From the NCBI GenBank assembly GCA_963708075.1, contig OY970194.1:6400001-6464000 (forward strand): a stretch of DNA of 64,000 nt, in the 5' to 3' direction. Numbering within the stretch: the stretch's first letter is position 1; every line of letters begins with the position of its first letter. Below the pieces are notes generated by a model, which was given only the letters and a program-made list of their open reading frames with translations, was not told the origin of the DNA and ran no database searches. Both the position numbers and the translations under genes were made by a program. Origin of the DNA: Sedimentisphaerales bacterium (GTDB taxonomy: Bacteria > Planctomycetota > Phycisphaerae > Sedimentisphaerales > Anaerobacaceae). Positions 1 through 9,602 of the stretch are shown in pieces.

Positions 1-1
1 C

Positions 2-211
2 ACCTGCTACGAGCTTGCCGGCGGGCCCATGGCTAGAATCGTCCACAAAGGACCGTACGAGAGGTCCGCACAGGCGTACCGGAAGCTGTTTGCCTGGATC
101 GCCGAGAACCACAAGAAAATCGCCGGACCGACCAGGGAAGTCTATCTCAACGACCCCAAAAAGGTCTCGCCTGAGGAACTCCTCACGGAAATCTACGCTC
201 CTGTGGCGTAG
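2..211 (+). CDS. GyrI-like small-molecule-binding domain protein, C-terminal part (starts before window)
   Basis: Frame open from base 2; ARIVHKGPYE...AY..L..WI.EN...AGPTREVYLNDP...LLTEIYAPV is the GyrI-like signature. Confidence 0.85.
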   Translation, partial: TCYELAGGPMARIVHKGPYERSAQAYRKLFAWIAENHKKIAGPTREVYLNDPKKVSPEELLTEIYAPVA

Positions 212-222
212 ATCACGGTCTG

Positions 223-738
223 TCACGTCACGGGCCTTGCAGGGTCCGGCAGAACCATCCCGCCCTTATCGAAGAAGGACCAGACCTGATCGGCCGTCGG
301 CAGGGCGGCGACAATCTTTGCTGTCGATGGGTCCCGGCAGATCGCGGCCAGGCAACTGATCGCCTGGAGATAGGCGCCGGGCGCCGCCTTCGGGGCCAGC
401 GTCAGGACGACCAGCTTGATGCGGTCGTCGGGCCTGTGTGGGTCATACACGATTCCCTGCGGGGACGTAGCCACCGCGACGAAGACCTCCCGGATGGTTC
501 CGAGCCTCGCGTGCGGCATGGCCATGCCGGGGGCGACAATGGTCGGAAGGTCTTTCTCCCGCTCCAAAACCGCCTTGTAGGCATCCGCGACATCCCCGAT
601 ACTGCGTCCCCGGCCGAGCAGTTGCAGCATCTCCAGCAGGACTTTGTCACGATCTGTCTCCTGAGTCTGGCAGATCACCTCGGAAGGGCGAAAGAGTGAT
701 GAAAACCGGATATTGTCTTCCTCAATCGTCATAGCCAT
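223..738 (-). CDS. PTS sugar transporter EIIA (fructose/nitrogen-type) domain protein
   Basis: VLEREKDLPTIVAPGMAMPHARL phospho-His motif; 171 aa stand-alone domain. Confidence 0.85.
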   Translation of the reverse strand: MAMTIEEDNIRFSSLFRPSEVICQTQETDRDKVLLEMLQLLGRGRSIGDVADAYKAVLEREKDLPTIVAPGMAMPHARLGTIREVFVAVATSPQGIVYDPHRPDDRIKLVVLTLAPKAAPGAYLQAISCLAAICRDPSTAKIVAALPTADQVWSFFDKGGMVLPDPARPVT

Positions 739-890
739 TCACTGTACAGATGACAACTCACCCGGCGCCAGATCGCGCTATACGTGCCTTTCCTGGGACC
801 GGCCCGCCAGAAACCCGGCCGGGAAAACCCTATAAAGCCGCCCGCCGACGGCGCCGTCAAGCGGAAAATGCCCCCGCGTGCGTGGAGGGG

Positions 891-947
891 TGCACGATAG
901 GATTGTGGCAGAGAAAGCATGCGATTGTGGGTGGCAGCGTCAAGTGC
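891..947 (-). repeat. Dispersed 57-bp element, copy 1 (copy 2 at 51384-51440, opposite strand)
   Basis: Manual alignment to 51384-51440 gives 51/57 identity. Confidence 0.85.
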
Positions 948-1069
948 AGCTTGGCGATGGCCTTCCTGGCATGCGGTGCAACCATCGGCAGGCCGGCGCC
1001 TGCCGATGCCGCCCAGAAGCTTGACGAGGTGAACTCACGCATGATCGAGGAGAGTCCGCATCGGTATCG

Positions 1070-1936
1070 TCACGACCAATCAACTTTGGCAGCCCATTGG
1101 GGCAGGGTGGTCGGCTGAATGCCGGACTCCTTGGCCACAGCTTTGATGTCGACGTTGTAGCCCACGGCATCAAACCACTCGAGCATGATCGCGAAGTCCT
1201 CGCTGAACTTGCGGACCTCCTCGATGGGCGTCGGGACGAACTCGAGCTTCCTGCCCGCGGTTTTTCCGATGATTTTGGCTGTCTGGGGCATGGTCTTCGC
1301 ATCGCCGGCGATGTCGATGGCCCGGCCGTTCAGTTTCTGGTAATTGTCGAAGGCCCATGCCCCGTACTTGCCGATGTCCTCCACGGCGATCATCTGGAGC
1401 GCAGTCGCAGGCTTGATTCCCACTGTGAGTTTGCCCTGATCAATCGCCGGCTTGAACCAGGGTGTGAGGAAGTTCTCCATAAAGAAGACCGGCCGAATGA
1501 TCGTGTAGGACGGGAACTTCAGGCTCCGCACCGTCTCTTCGACCTGCCACTTGTTTTCGAAGTGTGGGATTCTCGTATTGCGGTGGGCCGACGCGACGGA
1601 GGAGTACACAAAATGCTGGACGCCGGCGTCTTTGGCTATTTGGGCAAACCGTTTGCCCTGCTCTTCTTCTCTCTCGACACCAGCCTCCCACGTGTTCTGC
1701 ACGGAGAACACGCCCCAGACTCCCTTCGCCGCCTGTGCGAGAGAGGCGGCATCATCCAAATCGCCCCGGACGATCTCGGCGCCGAGCTTAGCCAGAGCCC
1801 GGGCGTTTTCCGCATCAGGGTTGCGGGTCATGGCTCGAATGGGGTAGCCCTTCGTCAGAAGCTCCCGGGCGACGGCCCCGCCCTGTTTCCCTGTTGCCCC
1901 AGTCACAAGAACCTTCCTGCTGTCCACCATCTCCAT
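1070..1936 (-). CDS. NmrA/HSCARG family NAD(P)-binding protein
   Basis: VLVTGATGKQGGAVA Rossmann motif; HFVYSSV, PHFENK, RPVFFMEN. Confidence 0.92.
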   Translation of the reverse strand: MEMVDSRKVLVTGATGKQGGAVARELLTKGYPIRAMTRNPDAENARALAKLGAEIVRGDLDDAASLAQAAKGVWGVFSVQNTWEAGVEREEEQGKRFAQIAKDAGVQHFVYSSVASAHRNTRIPHFENKWQVEETVRSLKFPSYTIIRPVFFMENFLTPWFKPAIDQGKLTVGIKPATALQMIAVEDIGKYGAWAFDNYQKLNGRAIDIAGDAKTMPQTAKIIGKTAGRKLEFVPTPIEEVRKFSEDFAIMLEWFDAVGYNVDIKAVAKESGIQPTTLPQWAAKVDWS

Positions 1937-2092
1937 GCTCCTTCCTCTGAATGAGTCTTATTCAGTACAGCCATACGCAGGACACCCTGCATACCCATTA
2001 CGTACGTCCCGGCTCGCGGTGCATTTTTGTCTGCTAAGGTGCAGTTCAGGGCTCCGCATGGATCGTCGTGCTCGCTGCTCGTGCGGCGAGGC

Positions 2093-2974
2093 TCACGTGT
2101 GGCGGGCCGTGGAAATGGCGGGCCGCCCGCCGGACACGCCCCGGATCGTATTGTGCAGGCTCACGATGTAGCAGATGAGGATGGAAAAGGTAATCGCCCA
2201 ATGTAGTTTGAAGCGGTATTGGCAGATCGCCAGCAGAGCCGTAATGGCGGCTGCGGTGAATATAACCTGGAGAAGGCTTGCCCCCCTGCCGAGCGAATCG
2301 CTGTCCGTGAGACTCAAGCGGAACAGAAGCAGCAGGAGGACGCTGCTGAGGATGTTCCACGCGGGGAAAATCATTAACCAGCCCAGGTGCTCCTGCACCG
2401 CGATGCGCCCCGCGTGGACGCCCGTGCCTGCGGCGACGGTCACCACGAACAGCAGCATCATGAATTCCTCGCGGTCGGATCTTGGCCTCTGGAGCAGAAG
2501 GTTGATGAGTGATACTATTGCGGCGAGAATGGTCAACGCCGGCACGAACCGCACGTCATTCAGGCTCAACAGGGAGAATGCTTCGCGAAGGTCGGTCGCC
2601 GGCCCGGGATTGATGAACCACAGCAGCGAGAACGCCGAGCTCAGAGCAAACAATGTCACGTCGTCGCATCGCGGGATCGGCAGCCATCGCAGCTTCCCGG
2701 CGGCGAGCCTGCGCCTATCTTCGACGGGAAGTGTCCTGAATAGAAGGTGGTCAAAGATTTCCTGATCGCTCTTCGCCTGCCAGTCTTCCGCGTCTTCCCG
2801 CGTGCCTGAGTCGCTACTGGGTGCCGACTTTATCGCCTCTCCCGGCTCCTTCCCGCGCACGATAATGGAATGGCCGCAGGCGGGACATGCCGTCGTCTTG
2901 CCGGCCAACTCTTCATTGGCACGAATCTGTTGGCCACAGTACACGCATGAGAACTCGATCATATGATTGGCCAT
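2093..2974 (-). CDS. Zn-ribbon-containing membrane protein
   Basis: IEFSCVYCGQQ...CPACGH N-terminal Zn ribbon, then several TM segments. Start trimmed to ATG 2974 (or 2962) because the longer ORF overlaps the divergent gene. Confidence 0.7.
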   Translation of the reverse strand: MANHMIEFSCVYCGQQIRANEELAGKTTACPACGHSIIVRGKEPGEAIKSAPSSDSGTREDAEDWQAKSDQEIFDHLLFRTLPVEDRRRLAAGKLRWLPIPRCDDVTLFALSSAFSLLWFINPGPATDLREAFSLLSLNDVRFVPALTILAAIVSLINLLLQRPRSDREEFMMLLFVVTVAAGTGVHAGRIAVQEHLGWLMIFPAWNILSSVLLLLLFRLSLTDSDSLGRGASLLQVIFTAAAITALLAICQYRFKLHWAITFSILICYIVSLHNTIRGVSGGRPAISTARHT

Positions 2975-3248
2975 GCATCCCTTTACTTCACGCCAGATGC
3001 CCCGGGTCAGGATACCGCTTAGTCCGGATGCCGCCAAGAGAAAACGACCTCCCCCGACCGGCGGCACAGCACTTCGGTGGCAACAGAGGATTAGGGATTT
3101 GCCCCCGGTAATTGTGGAGAAACTCTTTGGCCGGCGCAGCCCGGACAGCGTAGAGAGAGTGTCGAGGGGGTTCGGTTCCGGATGCGGGCCCGAGTCCCCG
3201 AGAGAAAGATGTAACACATAGTATCTTTTACAACGGATTATCGGATTT

Positions 3249-4403
3249 ATGAAACCTGAAGCAATGCATACCCGTCGCACACCGACGGTGATAAAATGGA
3301 CATCATTTACCGCGATTGTAATTCTGCTGACTGGCTGTCGGGTGCTTCCCGACAAAGGGCTTTCGCGTCCTGCCAACGAGGTGGTCACCACCGGATTCGC
3401 CAGCCCGCCCAGAATTCGATTCGGATCCTATCCGACCTCCACGATGGGCACAACGTTCATCGGGCCGAATCTGGGCAGGCACGGATATCACTCCTCGCTT
3501 GGCGAGAAAAACGGCATTGCGTACACCTGCCGGGGCGGTGACATCGATGTCATCCACGTGCGGATCGCCGCCGATTGGACCGCGTATCTCGTGGCCAAGA
3601 CCTACAAGACCCTGATGAGCGGCAAGCCCGGATTCTCCTACAAGCTTTCGGTGGATCGCTCGCACAACGACGTGACGTTTACCTATCCGCCGGACTGGAA
3701 TCGCCGATCCCATGCGGAGCAGGCCGCCGCGGCCAGGGAGGTGGCGATGGCCGTCGGGCCGCACTTGTGCTTCACCATGACCACCTGGCACGAGATTCTC
3801 ACCTGGTTCGGGTTCCGATGCATCGGTGTGGTCACGGAGTTTCCCTCCGCATTCTCCTGGGAGGATTCCTTCTCCAATCTGCTGGGCACTGTTGTCGCCG
3901 TTCGCGCACTGCAGGATACGCAGAACAACTACGATAAGGCGATAGAGATCGCGATAGACGAGGAGATGAAGAAACTGGGAATTATGCCTGCCAAAGTGGC
4001 CAAGGAAGCCAGTCAACGGGTCAAAGGCGACTGGTTCACCGGGTCCGTCCTGTTCTTCGTGAATGTCAAGATGAGGAACTTCGATGTAGGCTTGGACGAC
4101 GGCCACGTCACGCCGACCCTTCTGCCCGGAGTCACCGAATGTCCCAATGCCGAACCTACACCCTATCCCGTTCCCACGCTCGATGCGGTGACTCGGCACG
4201 GGTTCACTATGAAGATCCAGACGCGATCCCGGGAATGGGAGAGGGACAAGATCTTCATGGTCCTGTTCGGCGATCGGCATGACAGGCGAATCGATCCGGA
4301 GGTTCACATTCCTCGCCTCATCGAGTACGCGCGCCAGAACGCCATCGACAAATACGGCTACATGGTGGAGCCGGAAACCTCACGGGCATACGCGCGTCGG
4401 TGA
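3249..4403 (+). CDS. DUF4056-family lipoprotein
   Basis: Lipobox LLTGC; GIAYTCRGGDIDVIHVR, WHEILTWFG and SAFSWEDSFSNLLG motifs. Confidence 0.8.
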   Translation: MKPEAMHTRRTPTVIKWTSFTAIVILLTGCRVLPDKGLSRPANEVVTTGFASPPRIRFGSYPTSTMGTTFIGPNLGRHGYHSSLGEKNGIAYTCRGGDIDVIHVRIAADWTAYLVAKTYKTLMSGKPGFSYKLSVDRSHNDVTFTYPPDWNRRSHAEQAAAAREVAMAVGPHLCFTMTTWHEILTWFGFRCIGVVTEFPSAFSWEDSFSNLLGTVVAVRALQDTQNNYDKAIEIAIDEEMKKLGIMPAKVAKEASQRVKGDWFTGSVLFFVNVKMRNFDVGLDDGHVTPTLLPGVTECPNAEPTPYPVPTLDAVTRHGFTMKIQTRSREWERDKIFMVLFGDRHDRRIDPEVHIPRLIEYARQNAIDKYGYMVEPETSRAYARR

Positions 4404-4637
4404 CCCGACGATGGCCCTGTAGCCTCGATCTCCTGGCGTTTTGGGGCTGTATTATCGGGCATTCTCGGCCGGTTTCGGCGGCGATTGTGGCAGTCCTAAG
4501 CGGTGACGTCTTCTCTTCACAACAACGGATTCCGGATTTGTCCTTGACATACAGGATACTTTGCTGCAATCTCGTGCCGTGTTTGTCATGCGGACTGGCC
4601 GCACAAGTTCCGGTGTTCATGATTTAGGAGGTCCACG

Positions 4638-5588
4638 ATGAAGTATTCACCACGATTCCTGTTGGCGGCATGCCTGTTTCTGGCGGCCCTGCCGGTCGGT
4701 CCGGCGGCCGCGTACGATCAGCCGGCAGGCCTCAATCTCGGCGGCACCAGTTTCCTCGACGGCATCCCGCCCGCCGGCCCGGGCTTCTACTTCCAGGAGT
4801 ACATCGAGTACTACACGGCCGACGAATTCCCGGAGATCGGTGCTCCGATTGATCCGGACACGAGCTTGGACGTTTGGGCCAGCCTCAACCAGTTCATCTA
4901 CCAGTCGAATCAGAAGCTTCTTTTCGGTGGCAAGTGGGGCCTCAATGTCATCGTGCCGGTCGTTAGCATTGACATCGACGATGACAACCACATCCTGACC
5001 GACAACGGCGGTGGGCTGGGCGACATCTACGTCGGTCCCTTCCTGCAGTGGGACCCGATCATGGGTGAGAATGGCCCGATCTTCGTGCACCGCGTCGAGT
5101 TGACGACCATCCTCCCCACGGGCAAGTACGATGATGACAGAGCCCTCAACCCGGGCAGCAACTTCTTCTCGTTCAACCCATACTGGGCAGCCACGTGGTT
5201 TGCCTTGCCGAAGGTAGAATTGTCCACCCGCGTGCACTACCTGTGGAACGACAAGAATGACGATCCGCTGGACACCCCCGCTCCCCCCGTCGTGGAGGAC
5301 AGTCAGGCAGGCCAGGCTTGGTGGGCGAACTTTGCCGCCTCGTACGAGATCCTGCCCCAGCGGCTTCGCGCCGGTATCAACGGGTACTATTTCAAACAAA
5401 TTGAACGCTCGGAGGTCAATGGCGACAAGGTGAGCGGCATGGAAGAAGTCTTCGCCATCGGACCGGGCGCCCTGTACAGTTTCTCGCAGCACACCCACCT
5501 GTTCTTCAACGCCTACTTCGAGACGGACACTGAGCTTCGTCCGGAAGGCGAGCGGTTCTGGCTGCGCTTCGTGCATCATTTCCAGTAG
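4638..5588 (+). CDS. SphA / MetA-pathway-of-phenol-degradation family outer-membrane beta-barrel
   Basis: Signal peptide; LNLGGTSFLDG, GLGDIYVGP and PTGKYD...NPGSNF motifs; C-terminal F; RBS AGGAGG. Confidence 0.8.
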   Translation: MKYSPRFLLAACLFLAALPVGPAAAYDQPAGLNLGGTSFLDGIPPAGPGFYFQEYIEYYTADEFPEIGAPIDPDTSLDVWASLNQFIYQSNQKLLFGGKWGLNVIVPVVSIDIDDDNHILTDNGGGLGDIYVGPFLQWDPIMGENGPIFVHRVELTTILPTGKYDDDRALNPGSNFFSFNPYWAATWFALPKVELSTRVHYLWNDKNDDPLDTPAPPVVEDSQAGQAWWANFAASYEILPQRLRAGINGYYFKQIERSEVNGDKVSGMEEVFAIGPGALYSFSQHTHLFFNAYFETDTELRPEGERFWLRFVHHFQ

Positions 5589-5615
5589 CGGCCGACGTGA
5601 TTTCGAAAGCTCATG

Positions 5616-5665
5616 CGAATGGCGGCTCCCTGACAGAACAGGCGAGCCGCCATTCGAGTTTCTTC
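5616..5665 (+). terminator. Probable intrinsic terminator
   Basis: 13-bp stem CGAATGGCGGCTC/GAGCCGCCATTCG followed by a pyrimidine tract, 28 nt after the stop. Confidence 0.55.
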
Positions 5666-5937
5666 CCTTCCTCCCCCGAATTCCTTCTATCCTCCTCGTT
5701 CGTCGCACGTGAGCGTGCAAAACTGCTCCGCATCCTCGTTCGCCAGTGAGTCCTCACCAGCGATTCCCTGCGAAGGATTAGGCACAATCCCGCTTCAGGG
5801 CTCCGTCCGGGGCGGAGTAAATGGAGAGAATCGCCGGTCCGGCGCACAGTTCGGCGGCCGTGAAAAGCGCGAAAGGTCGATGGATTGACGTGCTGGGTTT
5901 TGCGCTCATCCGCAAGGCGGAAGAAAGGGGTGGCAGC

Positions 5938-6531
5938 ATGATCGGCATTCAAATAGCGGGTTACACGTTCGGCACAGAGGAGGCCGCCAAGTCCCCGATC
6001 ACCGACAGTGAGTTCGATCTGCTCAAGCAGACCGTTACATTCACCGACGAGGACGCACGGTACCTCCGGATGGCCGGCGAAGTGCTGGACGACCAGCTTG
6101 AGGAAGTGTTGGACGTGTGGTACGACTTCTTCGCCTCGCACCCGCACCTTGCCTACTACTTCAGCGGCCCCGATGAGGAGTTGGACCGCAATTATCTGGC
6201 GGCGGTGCGACTGCGGTTCGAGCAGTGGATCCGCGACACCTGCTCGGCCCAATATGACCGTGCCTGGCTCGACTACCAGGAAGAAATCGCGCTGCGTCAT
6301 ACGCGGTTCAAGAAGAACCAGACGGACAACGTGCTCTCCCCGGCGGACCACATCCACCTGCGTTATGTGCTCGCCGCTCTCTATCCGATCGTGGCCACGA
6401 TCAAGCCGTTCCTGGCCAGGAAGGGCCACTCCCCCGAGGAGGTGGAGAGAATGCACCAGGCATGGTTCAAATCCGTTGTCCTGCAGGTGACGCTCTGGGC
6501 TCGGCCATACGTTCGCCCCGGCGACTTCTAA
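5938..6531 (+). CDS. Protoglobin (single-domain globin)
   Basis: IAGYTFG...WYDFFASHPHLAYYF...YQEEIALRHTRFKKNQTDNV...WFKSVVLQVTLWARPY..GDF closely follows archaeal protoglobins as recalled; purine-rich RBS before ATG 5938. Confidence 0.92.
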   Translation: MIGIQIAGYTFGTEEAAKSPITDSEFDLLKQTVTFTDEDARYLRMAGEVLDDQLEEVLDVWYDFFASHPHLAYYFSGPDEELDRNYLAAVRLRFEQWIRDTCSAQYDRAWLDYQEEIALRHTRFKKNQTDNVLSPADHIHLRYVLAALYPIVATIKPFLARKGHSPEEVERMHQAWFKSVVLQVTLWARPYVRPGDF

Positions 6532-6615
6532 GCCCGTTCGCCGGAATGCTCGCCGGGTGGCGGCGGCAAACGCAGTTCGCCGATGGTGAGTGGCTGCGGT
6601 GGGCAACATCTCAGT

Positions 6616-6644
6616 TTGACGGACCAATGGCCGTGCTGTATAAT
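6616..6644 (+). promoter_or_regulatory. sigma70-type promoter of the aminotransferase
   Basis: TTGACG-N17-TATAAT, 40 nt upstream of ATG 6685. Confidence 0.75.
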
Positions 6645-6684
6645 CCTGCCTCCAGAGTAGAACCGTGGTTGGAAAGGTCGTACC

Positions 6685-7884
6685 ATGCAGGTGATCAGCG
6701 CGGATATCAGTAACAGCATCCAGGGCGCGTCCTGGATTCGTCGTATGTTCGAGGCCGGAATCGAGCTCAAACAGAAATTCGGGGCCGACCAGGTCTGCGA
6801 TTTCACGCTCGGCAATCCGGACCTGCCGCCCGTGCCCCACGTCGCTCACGCGCTTCGCAAACTCGCCGATACGGTCCAGCAGCCCCTATCCCTGGGGTAC
6901 ATGCCTAACGCCGGCCTGCCTTCCGCTCGTCAGCGCCTGGCGGAGTACCTGGCCCGGGAGCAGCAGGTGCCGCTCACGGCCCAGCACGTCATCATCACCT
7001 GCGGGGCGGCGGGGGGGCTCAATGTCCTGTTCCGCACGGTCCTGGAGCGAGGCGAAGAGGTCATCTGCCCGTCCCCATACTTCGTGGAGTACGGATTCTA
7101 CGTGGGCAACTACGGCGGCAAGCTCGTCCCGGTCCCATCCAGGCTGCCGAGCTTTTCGCTGGACCTCAATGCCCTTGAGGCGGCCGTCACGGACAAGACC
7201 CGCGTCATTCTCATCGACAGCCCCAACAATCCAACGGGGGTGGTGTACGAGGAAAGCGAGCTGAAAGAACTCGCCGCGATAGCCGCCCGCGCCACCGCCC
7301 GATACGGCAGGCCCGTCTTTCTGGTTTCCGATGAACCGTATCGTTTTTTGGCCTATGACAACGTGAAGGTCCCGCCGATCCTGCCGCTGTACGAGTTCAG
7401 CGTGGCGATTGGCTCGTTCTCCAAGAGCCTGTCCCTGGCGGGCGAGCGCGTCGGCTACATCGCAATCAACCCCGCCATGCCCCAGGCCGACCAGGTGCTC
7501 GCGGGCCTGATCCTCTGCAACCGGACGCTCGGATACGTTAACGCCCCCGTGATCGGCCAGCGCCTGATCGAGGCGGCCCTCGGGGTCACCGTAGACGCTG
7601 GAATCTACAAGAAGCGCCGCGATGCTATGGCGGGCATTCTCCGCGATGCCGGCATCGAGTTCGTCCTGCCAAAGGGAGCGTTCTACTTCCTGCCCAAGGT
7701 CCCCGGCCGTGTGGACGACCTGGAGTTCTGCCGACTGCTCCTGGACGAGCGAATCCTCGCGGTTCCGGGCCGAGGCTTCGGCCTGCCCGGCTACTTCCGC
7801 CTGACCTACTGTATGGATGAAGCGATCATCCGCCGCGCCGCCCAGGGCTTCCAAAAAGCCGCCGACCGCGCCAGAAGCAAGTGA
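6685..7884 (+). CDS. PLP-dependent class I/II (aspartate-type) aminotransferase
   Basis: SPNNPTG, SDEPY and SFSKSLSLAGERVGY (PLP lysine). Confidence 0.93.
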   Translation: MQVISADISNSIQGASWIRRMFEAGIELKQKFGADQVCDFTLGNPDLPPVPHVAHALRKLADTVQQPLSLGYMPNAGLPSARQRLAEYLAREQQVPLTAQHVIITCGAAGGLNVLFRTVLERGEEVICPSPYFVEYGFYVGNYGGKLVPVPSRLPSFSLDLNALEAAVTDKTRVILIDSPNNPTGVVYEESELKELAAIAARATARYGRPVFLVSDEPYRFLAYDNVKVPPILPLYEFSVAIGSFSKSLSLAGERVGYIAINPAMPQADQVLAGLILCNRTLGYVNAPVIGQRLIEAALGVTVDAGIYKKRRDAMAGILRDAGIEFVLPKGAFYFLPKVPGRVDDLEFCRLLLDERILAVPGRGFGLPGYFRLTYCMDEAIIRRAAQGFQKAADRARSK

Positions 7885-8192
7885 TGCCACAGGCCGGGCC
7901 CTGCCCGTCATCCGCCCCGCAGGGCAAATTGGCTTTGCTTCGCTCGCAATGACAAGTCAGAGTCGGTTTTGAGACGGTTTCTTAGGCTTACTTCGACTAG
8001 TGACGTCAGCCCTTTCCCTAATCAAGCTCTGACATAGAATCCCTCATTGCCCGCACTCCCAAAGTAGGCTTTTTCAGGAGGCAGAATAGGGTATCCTCCT
8101 CGTTCCAACCTCTGACACAAAAGGATGAAATGGACTGTTGCCATCCTGGGCAAGAGTGACGAATCAGGCCTCTTTCTTCGAAAAGGGATCTT

Positions 8193-9530
8193 ATGAAGAC
8201 GCTAACGATTTCGAAGGCAATGACGATTCTTCTTCTATGCCTGAGCCTTGGGGTTCCGCCTGCACTGCCCGGACAGGACACCCAGCAGAAGGTTCAACCT
8301 GCGCCGCCTGAGCAGAGCACTCCGCAGAAGGTTCAACCTGCACCGCCTGGACAGGGCGCTCCAGAGGGAGTCCAAAAGGAAAGCCAGAAAAAAGACGAGC
8401 AACCTCCCCTCAGGCCGGAGGAACTCGACCAGCTCCTGGCATCCATCGCGCTATATCCTGATGACCTTGTGGCTCAGGTGCTGACGGCGTCGACCTACCC
8501 GGTCGAGGTCGTCCAGGCGGCGCGGTTCGCGAAAGAGAAATCAGATCTCAAAGGCGAAAAACTGATGGCGGCGGCCAAGGATAAAGAATGGGATCCGAGC
8601 GTGAAGGCGATGCTCCAGTTTCCGGAAGTGCTGACGATGATGGACGAGAAACTCGACTGGACCACCAAGGTCGGCGACGCCTTTCTCTCCCAGCAGCGGG
8701 ACGTCATGGATTCGATCCAGCGTCTCCGAGGCAAGGCCAAAGATGCGGGCAACCTGAAGACCACCAAAGAGCAAAAGGTGATCGTGGAACAGGAGACGCA
8801 AACGATCGTCATTCAGCCTGCAAATCCGCAGGTTGTTTACGTCCCCACCTACAACCCGACGGTGGTATATGGGACCTGGCCTTATCCGGCCTACCCGCCT
8901 TACCCGGTATATCCCCCAGGCTATGTGGCGACGGCCTCCCTCTTCTCCTTTGCCGCCGGTGTGGCCGTGGGTGCTGCCTGGAGTGGCTGGGGTGGCTGGC
9001 ACTCTAATTGGCACGGCGGGGATGTCGAGATCGGCATCAGCAACTACAACAACTTCACCAGAAACAATTATACCAATGCCAACAGGTATCAGATGAACCA
9101 GAATCTGAAGAGCCAGTCCTGGCAACACAACCCGGAGCATCGCAAGGGCGCCCAGTACAGGAACCAGGCGACGGCCCAGAAATTCGGCGAGAGCCGGGCC
9201 GGGACCAGAGACGTCAGGAGCGGGTACCGGGGGTACGAAGGCGGTGCAGGCGGCCGAACGACGGATCTCGCCCGACCCGCCGGCGGTGGGGCCGGGGCCC
9301 GGGACCTCTCTGGACGACCGGCCGGCGGTGGCGCCGGCACGCGAACGGCGCCGAGCGATTCCCGCGCGAGCGCCTTCAGCGGCGCCTCCACGGGCGGCGG
9401 CGGTGACCGTGCGGCCAGCATGCGAGGCCAGACGAGCCGCAGCAGTGCTTCGTCCGCGAGGGCAGGTGCTTCCCGCGGGGGCGGCGGAATGGCTCGCGGC
9501 GGCGGCGGTAGAGGAGGCGGTCGTCGCTGA
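8193..9530 (+). CDS. DUF3300 domain protein
   Basis: ELDQLLASIALYPDDLVAQVLTASTYP, WDPSVKAM, VMDSIQRLR, YVPTYNPTVVYG, WQHNPEHR; Gly/Arg-rich tail. Confidence 0.93.
   Translation: MKTLTISKAMTILLLCLSLGVPPALPGQDTQQKVQPAPPEQSTPQKVQPAPPGQGAPEGVQKESQKKDEQPPLRPEELDQLLASIALYPDDLVAQVLTASTYPVEVVQAARFAKEKSDLKGEKLMAAAKDKEWDPSVKAMLQFPEVLTMMDEKLDWTTKVGDAFLSQQRDVMDSIQRLRGKAKDAGNLKTTKEQKVIVEQETQTIVIQPANPQVVYVPTYNPTVVYGTWPYPAYPPYPVYPPGYVATASLFSFAAGVAVGAAWSGWGGWHSNWHGGDVEIGISNYNNFTRNNYTNANRYQMNQNLKSQSWQHNPEHRKGAQYRNQATAQKFGESRAGTRDVRSGYRGYEGGAGGRTTDLARPAGGGAGARDLSGRPAGGGAGTRTAPSDSRASAFSGASTGGGGDRAASMRGQTSRSSASSARAGASRGGGGMARGGGGRGGGRR
8285..8362 (+). repeat. In-frame 39-bp tandem duplication (QKVQPAPP x2)
   Basis: GCAGAAGGTTCAACCTGC at 8285 and 8324. 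Confidence 0.85.
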
Positions 9531-9602
9531 CAGGTGTGGGATCAGAGAGAACTGGGATTTCGCAAAACGAAAGTTGAGCTTACTTTACGAAGGAAATACA
9601 CC

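Noticed and set aside
857..1042. CXXCH-containing short ORFs (857-1042 and 51367-51678) as mini-cytochromes
   Set aside because: Similarity is confined to the 57-bp DNA repeat; no signal peptide or RBS
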